Positions 56,469-63,280 of a stretch of DNA of 63,280 nt are shown here, one piece after another. The stretch lies in the NCBI GenBank assembly GCA_022822275.1, contig JAJEBZ010000043.1:1-63280 (forward strand). The letters are read 5' to 3'. Source of the DNA: Candidatus Poribacteria bacterium (GTDB lineage Bacteria > Poribacteria > WGA-4E > WGA-3G). The translations under genes and the position numbers were made by a program. Position 1 is the first letter of the stretch, and each line of letters starts with the position of its first letter. The notes beneath the pieces were generated by a model. It was not told where the DNA came from and searched no databases. It saw only the letters and a program-made list of their open reading frames with translations.

Positions 56469-58289
56469 ATGTTTGGCATGGGTAGCGACCTATATGAATA
56501 TAGTGACGAAGAACAGGATCTTGGAAAAGTCTACGATTGGGATCTGATGAAGCGTTTGCTTACATATCTCAAACCCTATACTTTTCAATTGTTTTTCATT
56601 GCCTTTCTTATGATAGGAACGACTCTTTCGCGTTTAGTTGGTCCCTATTTGATGCAAATTGCAATTGATAGTCATATTATCCCTCGTGAGTTAGAAGGTT
56701 TGGGGTTAATCGCTACTTTTCTTGTTCTTGCCTTGATTGGTGAGTTTGTGTTTGCGTACTTTGAAGAATATCGTATCCAAATGATCGGACAACATGTCAT
56801 GCACGATCTACGTCAAACGCTTTTTTCACACCTACAACGTTTGGACGTGCAGTATTTTGACAAAAATCCGGTAGGTAGATTGATGACACGCGTCATGGGT
56901 GATGTTCAGGTACTAAACGAACTTTTTACATCTGGTGTCATTACGGTATTTGGAAATTTGCTGAGTATTCTGGGTATAATGGTAGCGATGTTATTATACA
57001 ACTGGAAACTGGCGTGTGTTACATTCGCGGTTATTCCGATTATCTTCGGAGCGACACTTGTCTACCAAATATACTCACGTCGTGCTTTCCGTGAACAACG
57101 CAAGCAGCTGGCACGAATCAACGCATTTCTGCAGGAAAACATCGTTGGTATGACGACTATGCAGTTATTTACACAGGAACGCAGAAGTTATCACCGTTTT
57201 AACGAACGCAACCGTAGATATCTTGCAGCAAACCTTCGTAGCATTTTTTACTTTTCAATATTCCATCCTATGATAGAAGTAACTGCATCCCTTGCGACAG
57301 CAGTGATCATCTGGTATGGCGGTGGGCAGATTGTGCAAGGGGCATTGACTTTTGGTGTGTTGGTGGCGTTTATCAGATATGCAGAACGTTTCTTCTGGCC
57401 GATACGCGAACTTAGCGAAAAATATACTATCTTCCAAAACGCAATGGCTTCCTCAGAACGAATATTCCAGCTTTTGGACACGGAACCGACTATTGTTTCC
57501 ACTGTGGACAAAAGCGGTACAGATACACTGAAAGGTGAGATTGAGTTCCGGAATGTCTGGTTTGCATATAATGATGAAGATTATGTGCTGAAAGATGTGT
57601 CTTTCAAGGTGAAACCGGGAGAGAAGGTCGCACTTGTGGGACACACTGGGGCAGGAAAAACCTCTATCATCAACCTATTATGCCGTTTCTATGAAATTAA
57701 TAAAGGGCAGATTCTGATTGATGGTGTAGACCTAAGAGAGATGAATTTGGAAGAACTGCGGAGTGCTATTAGTATCGTGCAGCAGAACATTTTTCTGTTC
57801 TCCGATTCCATTGAACGGAATATTAGTTTAGGTGATTCATCAATATCATCAGAGAAGGTTGTACGCGCTGCAGAAGATGTGCATTTGGATCGGTTTGTCC
57901 AAAAGATGTCTGATGTTTATGACACCGAGATCAAAGAGGATGGCGGGGGACTATCTGTTGGACAGAAACAGCTGGTTGCATTTGCACGTGCTTTAGCTTC
58001 CGATCCGAGTATTCTTATTCTTGACGAGGCGACTTCAAGTGTTGACACCGAAACAGAAATATTGATTGAAGATGCACTCAGTCGTCTGATGGAAGAGCGG
58101 ACATCTGTTGTCATTGCACACCGACTATCTACTATCCAGAACGCAGATAGAATCATCGTGATGCATCGCGGGGAAATTCGTGAGACCGGAACGCATAATG
58201 AGCTGTTACAAAAGGAGGGTATCTATTATCGGTTGTATCAACTGCAATACAAAGGACAAGAAGGCAAAACGTGTAGAGGTGTTTTTTAG
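56469..58289 (+). CDS. ABC exporter, fused permease-ATPase (MdlB-like partner)
   Basis: GHTGAGKTS, LSVGQKQL, ILILDEATS. Confidence 0.9.
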   Translation: MFGMGSDLYEYSDEEQDLGKVYDWDLMKRLLTYLKPYTFQLFFIAFLMIGTTLSRLVGPYLMQIAIDSHIIPRELEGLGLIATFLVLALIGEFVFAYFEEYRIQMIGQHVMHDLRQTLFSHLQRLDVQYFDKNPVGRLMTRVMGDVQVLNELFTSGVITVFGNLLSILGIMVAMLLYNWKLACVTFAVIPIIFGATLVYQIYSRRAFREQRKQLARINAFLQENIVGMTTMQLFTQERRSYHRFNERNRRYLAANLRSIFYFSIFHPMIEVTASLATAVIIWYGGGQIVQGALTFGVLVAFIRYAERFFWPIRELSEKYTIFQNAMASSERIFQLLDTEPTIVSTVDKSGTDTLKGEIEFRNVWFAYNDEDYVLKDVSFKVKPGEKVALVGHTGAGKTSIINLLCRFYEINKGQILIDGVDLREMNLEELRSAISIVQQNIFLFSDSIERNISLGDSSISSEKVVRAAEDVHLDRFVQKMSDVYDTEIKEDGGGLSVGQKQLVAFARALASDPSILILDEATSSVDTETEILIEDALSRLMEERTSVVIAHRLSTIQNADRIIVMHRGEIRETGTHNELLQKEGIYYRLYQLQYKGQEGKTCRGVF

Positions 58290-58393
58290 AGTATATGTAT
58301 GCTAAATTGTAGTTGTGTCAAAACGACAACCTACTTCTACCTATAGAAATGATCTATTCTGCGGCGAGGGTCAGGTTTATCCATAATCCTGGG

Positions 58394-61300
58394 TTAGTAA
58401 ACTATCTCTAGATCACTCAAGGGCCTAGCGGGACCGACTTGCTTGAGGAGATCTTTGAGGTAATTTACAGGAACAGCATAATTTAGATTTTGTCCGCCGC
58501 CTCTGTAACCAACAGAAACTCCTATAACCTCACCCTTGTTGTTTAGAACAGGACCGCCACTGTTTCCCCCAGAAATCGGAGCGGTCATCATGAGCAATTT
58601 GTGAGGTGTATCATTTCGCTGGACATCACTTACCAGTTCTGAACTATTGTTTATAAATGCCCTAATACTTTCAACCCATTGGATACTACTTATCTGACCA
58701 TCTGAAACTACGTTTACTAAACCTAATGGGTTACCCACGGGGTAAACAGTATCTCCCTGATTGACCTCATCACTGTTTCCAAGCGGGATCGGTTTTACAC
58801 CAAAAGCCCTAACTTTCAGAATTGCCAAATCTCTATCGGGATCGACTACCGTATAACCAACTATAGCGTATTTCCTGTTTGTTCCAACCAATCTGGCACT
58901 CCCTTTTTCTAGTGGATGGATAGAAACAACTTTATCTTTTCCATCATCTTTTTTATTCCAGGGAAAATACGAAGGTTCGGATTTAACAACATGATAGTTA
59001 GTTGCAATCAAGCTATGATCAACAAAAAAACCACTACCGGATCCAACTCTACCCTCAATTCGCTTGCCACTCTCATATTCCAATATCCCTTCCATTTCTA
59101 TGAACACCGTAGAACCAGAAGCTATTTCGGCAACATCCTGGGCAGTCAATTCCGTGCCAATTTTGGATTTTTCCGACGAGTCGAATTTGCCTAATGCGTT
59201 TGCGGAACTCTTTAGGCGTTCCGCTTTATCCCCCAGGTTGCGACGGGCCTTCTCTATCTTATCCCGAGCAGTTTTGATCATTTCTTTAAACTTTTGAAGT
59301 TCAAACTTTTCAAACTTTTCATGCTCGCGCCCTGCTCTCTTCAAGAATTCCTCAAATTTATCAATCGCTTTTTTAAACTGATTTGTGGCGAAATAGGAAT
59401 TGCCTGCATAATAGTAGGCAGTTTGAATGCAGTAGTCAAACTGCTCTTTAGGGACGTTCGATACATCAATGTTTGGGTTATCAACGAGAGGTCTAAAAAT
59501 TGAATCAAACAACTTTATGGATTCTTGGTACGCTTCAACCGATTTATTGGGTGTCGTCCCCTTTTCATAGCAGAAACCTTCGTAATATTTCCCTCGTAAT
59601 TTGATGAGTTCTAGTCTTGGGTACTGTTTCGTAGGATATCCCTGTAACTTGGCATATTCTTCTGCAGCTTTATCGTATGCAGCTTTATCATTCTGCTTAA
59701 GTTCTTCACGGAGTATATCAGCGAATTTAAATTGTGCTTCTGCGGAAAGAATTAATTCATGATCATTAAGCTCGTTGATATTGCCAAGCTCGTTGATGTA
59801 GGTAGTGGCGAAGGTTTCCAATTCGTCTTTGCGACCAAGTTTGCGGAGTGCCACCATAGCATCATACAAAGCAAAAGGGGCAAGTGGATCTTTTCGAAGG
59901 TCCTGCTCATCACCTGCCGGTTTTGTCAAAATACGCGCATACGCATTGAAGGCTTTTTCAAAATCTTTTTTTATAGAGAAGGCCTCACCGATCTCACTAT
60001 AACTTGCCGCAATGAGGTTTCCCCACAGTGGAAACCCATCGTCCATAATTAAACTAAAGTAAACTGGTTTTCCTTCGGCATGATTTGCAATGATGCTTTC
60101 GCAAGCACGAATTGTCTTGTCTACCCTTTTCTCTTTCCTATGGATATAAGCAATCAGCAGCCTAGCCATCAAAACCTGTTCACTCTCCGGATATTTTTGT
60201 AATAGCATATCGTAAACATTACTTGCTTTTTCAAAATTACCCTGATTGTAATAAGTATGTCCAATCTGCAATTGGATTTCGGCTTTACTATGGTTTGGAC
60301 TCTCCGGGCTATGCAAGGCGCGATTGTAGTTGAAGCGAGCAAGTTCATAGTCATTCTTACTATCGGCATAAAAAGCTCCCAGGTCAAAATACGCGTCAGT
60401 GATATGTTCACTGTCAGGGAATCGCGTCATAAACTCCGTATATCGCCCTAGTGCTTCATCATTATCCCTAAGTTGTTTTAAGCAGTAAGCGGTTTTATAC
60501 ATTGCTTCTGCCTGAAGATCGATATCGTTTTTAAACTCTGCGGTAGTCAACTTATCAAATCTGAGATAGGCTTGATTATGATTCTTCTGATCGAGGTATG
60601 ACTGTGCAATTAAACGCTGTGCTTCACTTTTAAGGCTTTTAAGATCAGAACCAGGAAAAGTAAGAAAATTTTTAAGTGATTTCCGAGAGATTTTATATTC
60701 TTCTAAGTGATAGTTGGTCTCACCAATGAGATACGTTGCGATGGCTACAAGTTTACTTTTAGGGAATACATCAACTAAGGCAGTAAAGGCTCGCAAAGCC
60801 CCTTTGTAGTTTTGTTGGTTACGGTTTTCATACCCGATTAAGTACAAATCAGTGTCTAGTATAGAAAAAGTGGGATTTTCTTTGAATAGGTCGTCTGACA
60901 GCTTCTGAAGAGTATGATCGGCCTGATCATAGTTCTGCTCTTTATAACTAACTTTCAAAATTTCGCTCAAATCTCGTTGTATAGCCCAATCAAACCTGCC
61001 AGGAAAGTCCTTTAAGGTTTTCTCGTACCATTCCAAAGCTTGGTTAAAATTATCGGGATTTTCCCTGCCTGCTATAATTGCTTGTATGTCCAAATTATCC
61101 GAACTTTTTGGCATTTCATCCTTTCTATCGTTCTCTGTTGGTTTGGCACTGAGTTTGTAATAGGCCTTACCAATCCGATAGGAGGATTTTGAAAGGGCAT
61201 ATTTTTCTGAATGTTTGTCAAGGACACTTTTGTACCCAGCAATGGCATCTTCCCACCTCTCCATAGCGAAATAAACGTCGGCAATACCCACTTTTGCGTT

Positions 61301-62005
61301 GGCAAGATTGAGTTTTGCTTCGGCTATCTCATCGCTTTTTGAATCTTCTTTCGATTCCAATTCAAAAGAGGCAATTGCATTATCAGAAGTAGCGATTGCA
61401 TTTTCAAAAATGGTAATCGCATTTTGATAATCTTCTTGTTGATGATAGATTCGCCCAATGCGAAGTTGGATTTCGGCCTGGCGGTTTAAATCCTGCGTAC
61501 TTTTCAAGGAAAGTTCGTAATTTTTAAGTGCAGCCTCATAGTTTTGCTGTCTGTTATAAGTTGCTCCTTGATTAAAATAAGCAAGCGTGAAGTATTCACT
61601 TTGACTTTCAGGAAAACGGTTCACTAAGGCCTCATACTGTTTAAGTGCTTCATCATCTCTACCAACTTGTCCTAGACAATAAGCAGTTCTAAACATCGTT
61701 TCTTCTAAGTAATCATTTTCCGGGAATTTGTCAATGAACTCTTGAAGGGTAGATAAAGCCTGTTCGTAATTTTCCAGTTTTCGGTAGTAAGTCCACCCAA
61801 TGAGATACAGCGCACGTTCTTTTACAGAAGCTTTGGTTGATATTTTAAGTACTTGGTTATATTTGGCGATCGCGCCCTCGTAATTTTCTTGAGCATATAA
61901 AGTTTCTGCTTCTTCAAAAGACTTGTCAGCCTCGCTGGCACACCCCATTAAAAAGACCGAGAGTGTAAAACAATTTATTATTAAAAGCATGCGTGTGACT
62001 TTCAT
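58394..62005 (-). CDS. Lipoprotein with ~900 aa of TPR repeats and a C-terminal trypsin-like (S1) serine protease domain
   Basis: Lipobox LMGC; numerous TPR units. C-terminus GSGSGFFVDHSLIATNYHVV (His), DLAILKV (Asp), GGNSGGPVLN (Ser). Confidence 0.85.
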   Translation of the reverse strand: MKVTRMLLIINCFTLSVFLMGCASEADKSFEEAETLYAQENYEGAIAKYNQVLKISTKASVKERALYLIGWTYYRKLENYEQALSTLQEFIDKFPENDYLEETMFRTAYCLGQVGRDDEALKQYEALVNRFPESQSEYFTLAYFNQGATYNRQQNYEAALKNYELSLKSTQDLNRQAEIQLRIGRIYHQQEDYQNAITIFENAIATSDNAIASFELESKEDSKSDEIAEAKLNLANAKVGIADVYFAMERWEDAIAGYKSVLDKHSEKYALSKSSYRIGKAYYKLSAKPTENDRKDEMPKSSDNLDIQAIIAGRENPDNFNQALEWYEKTLKDFPGRFDWAIQRDLSEILKVSYKEQNYDQADHTLQKLSDDLFKENPTFSILDTDLYLIGYENRNQQNYKGALRAFTALVDVFPKSKLVAIATYLIGETNYHLEEYKISRKSLKNFLTFPGSDLKSLKSEAQRLIAQSYLDQKNHNQAYLRFDKLTTAEFKNDIDLQAEAMYKTAYCLKQLRDNDEALGRYTEFMTRFPDSEHITDAYFDLGAFYADSKNDYELARFNYNRALHSPESPNHSKAEIQLQIGHTYYNQGNFEKASNVYDMLLQKYPESEQVLMARLLIAYIHRKEKRVDKTIRACESIIANHAEGKPVYFSLIMDDGFPLWGNLIAASYSEIGEAFSIKKDFEKAFNAYARILTKPAGDEQDLRKDPLAPFALYDAMVALRKLGRKDELETFATTYINELGNINELNDHELILSAEAQFKFADILREELKQNDKAAYDKAAEEYAKLQGYPTKQYPRLELIKLRGKYYEGFCYEKGTTPNKSVEAYQESIKLFDSIFRPLVDNPNIDVSNVPKEQFDYCIQTAYYYAGNSYFATNQFKKAIDKFEEFLKRAGREHEKFEKFELQKFKEMIKTARDKIEKARRNLGDKAERLKSSANALGKFDSSEKSKIGTELTAQDVAEIASGSTVFIEMEGILEYESGKRIEGRVGSGSGFFVDHSLIATNYHVVKSEPSYFPWNKKDDGKDKVVSIHPLEKGSARLVGTNRKYAIVGYTVVDPDRDLAILKVRAFGVKPIPLGNSDEVNQGDTVYPVGNPLGLVNVVSDGQISSIQWVESIRAFINNSSELVSDVQRNDTPHKLLMMTAPISGGNSGGPVLNNKGEVIGVSVGYRGGGQNLNYAVPVNYLKDLLKQVGPARPLSDLEIVY

Positions 62006-62169
62006 CGTATATCTCCTTTTTCTTTGGAAAGTGTAGCAGAAATCTACTTAACTTTACAGCGTTCCCAAATAGGGCAGTATAAATATAAAACATTTCAATA
62101 ACGAGATTGAAATCTATCTCTATGGATAAAGCGATAGGTAGTAACACTCGAGTTTGGTATCCCAAGTCT

Positions 62170-62883
62170 CTACTTGCAATTTGCTATTTTTCCCTTTAAT
62201 GCTTCTGCGCCTTTATGCTTGCCTGTCGGAGCAAGCTCAATAGCTCTTTTCGCATGATCACAAGCATCTTTAAAGTCTGCCTCCCTACGTTTAGCCAATC
62301 TATAGTAAGCACGAGCAAGGTAATAATGAGCATCTGAAGACTCATTACCCTTTATCACTTCTTTTAATGCATCTTTTGCTTGGTGATACAGACTCACTGC
62401 TTCCTTGGTTTTTCCTGAATCCTCTTTGATAACACCGAATTCGAGAGAAACACGTCCAAGTTCAAAATAGGTACGGATAGATGGTTCTCTGCTTTTGATT
62501 AACGCCTCGTGTTTTTCCTTAAGTTGCCGGTGTCCCGTTTTCTCGGTTGCCAGTTCCCGCCGAGTGCCAGCGTGTGCCGTTTCCTCGGTTGCAAGTTCCC
62601 GCCGAGTGCCAGCGTGTGCCGTTTCCTCGGTTGTAAGTTCCCGCCGAGTGCCAGCGTGTGCCGTTTCCTCGGCTGCAAGTTCCCGCCGAGTTCCAGCGTG
62701 TGCCGTTTCCTCGGTTGCAAGTTTCTGCCGAGTGCCAGCGTGTGCCGTTTTCTCGGTTGCAAGTTCTTCTAGAGTATGATTGTGTACCACTACGAGTTTG
62801 TTGTACCGTATTTCCCAAATGGACGGTCCACACCCACAAATAACAAATAACAGCATCACGGATAACCACCTATTTATTAACAT
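62170..62883 (-). CDS. Putative lipoprotein with a 14-aa tandem repeat array and a C-terminal TPR-like region
   Basis: Start moved to MLINRWLSVMLLFVICGCG (ATG 62883 after a GGAGG site). ~5 copies of LATEETAHAGTRRE. The end resembles TPR (YYLARAYYRLAKRREA). Confidence 0.6.
   Translation of the reverse strand: MLINRWLSVMLLFVICGCGPSIWEIRYNKLVVVHNHTLEELATEKTAHAGTRQKLATEETAHAGTRRELAAEETAHAGTRRELTTEETAHAGTRRELATEETAHAGTRRELATEKTGHRQLKEKHEALIKSREPSIRTYFELGRVSLEFGVIKEDSGKTKEAVSLYHQAKDALKEVIKGNESSDAHYYLARAYYRLAKRREADFKDACDHAKRAIELAPTGKHKGAEALKGKIANCK
62537..62765. repeat. 42-bp tandem repeat, ~5.4 copies, in frame within the lipoprotein gene
   Basis: Unit GTTTCCTCGGTTGCAAGTTCCCGCCGAGTGCCAGCGTGTGCC starts at 62537, 62579, 62621, 62663 and 62705, with a partial unit at 62747. 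1-4 substitutions per unit relative to the unit-2 sequence shown. Confidence 0.9.
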
Positions 62884-63158
62884 AAACTTCTTTACCTCCA
62901 AGAATATGAAACCTAACTTGTAACAAATTAGGTAAAAAGAAAATAACCTCAATTTCATGTTCTGCCTCGTAAGCAGAACATGCATCAATGTCAATAAAAT
63001 TTCGCGAAAATGTCTGAATTTCTTAAAACTTAAAAGCGAGTTGCTCAATCTCCATTTCCGAGTGCAACCTAAAACCAAATATTTCTGGAGGCATCAACTC
63101 ATTATGGGTGCTATTCCGCGACAGTAAATATAAATTCACAACTAGTGGTCTGTCTATA

Positions 63159-63280
63159 CTAAAAGTTTGGGTATAGATGTTTTAATTTGACCCGTGCATC
63201 TTCTGTTGTAAATTGCCAATCTACTTGTTTTTGTTCTGCATTTCGCCTTTTTTGCCACGCTTTTGTCTCTCTACGAAGTG
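63159..63280 (-). mobile_element. 3' end of a transposase gene (IS630-like tail motif); the rest lies outside the window
   Basis: Minus frame reads ..LRRETKAWQKRRNAEQKQVDWQFTTEDARVKLKHLYPNF then stop. From memory, the W-x-F-T-x-x-D-A-R-x-K-L-K-x-L-Y-P ending is typical of IS630-type transposases. Confidence 0.45.

Noticed and set aside
62495-62869. Five overlapping ORFs in several frames, and a possible CRISPR-like array
   Set aside because: All arise from the head-to-tail 42-bp tandem repeat, which has no spacers. Only the minus-strand frame continues into a lipobox N-terminus and a TPR-like C-terminus.

Overview
63.3 kb of moderately AT-rich bacterial chromosome, most likely from an uncultivated marine or sponge-associated lineage. 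That guess is low confidence and rests on gene content only: five PhyH-type dioxygenase paralogs, a sulfatase with an anaerobic sulfatase maturase, LamG-like secreted proteins and giant TPR proteins. About 50 protein genes can be supported. The housekeeping core is infC-rpmI-rplT, a T-box leader before pheS-pheT, ubiE, comEC, one tRNA-Leu, and a TPP-riboswitch-controlled thiX/thiY-like transporter plus thiO-thiS operon. The accessory content is larger. (1) An overlapping ABC-type ATPase + DUF4276 (Toprim-like) gene pair resembles split OLD/PARIS-type conflict systems. (2) A tight five-gene cluster runs N6-MTase, radical-SAM/SPASM maturase with a SEC-C tail, second MTase, Cys-type sulfatase, Uma2 nuclease. 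(3) There are three toxin-antitoxin modules: hicAB, a TPR-fused UPF0175 with a DUF3368 PIN protein, and DUF433 with a decayed DUF5615. (4) A GIY-YIG + hicAB cassette is flanked by a ~200 bp duplication of the 5' end of a histone-deacetylase-family gene. Intergenic DNA is dense with nested palindromic MITE-like repeats. A 17-nt motif, GGTGTGTAAAGTTTTTG, recurs at their borders next to predicted promoters, and long A-rich, G-poor tracts sit upstream of three genes. All calls come from reading the sequence and ORF translations by eye. RNA and repeat boundaries are approximate, and no database search was run.
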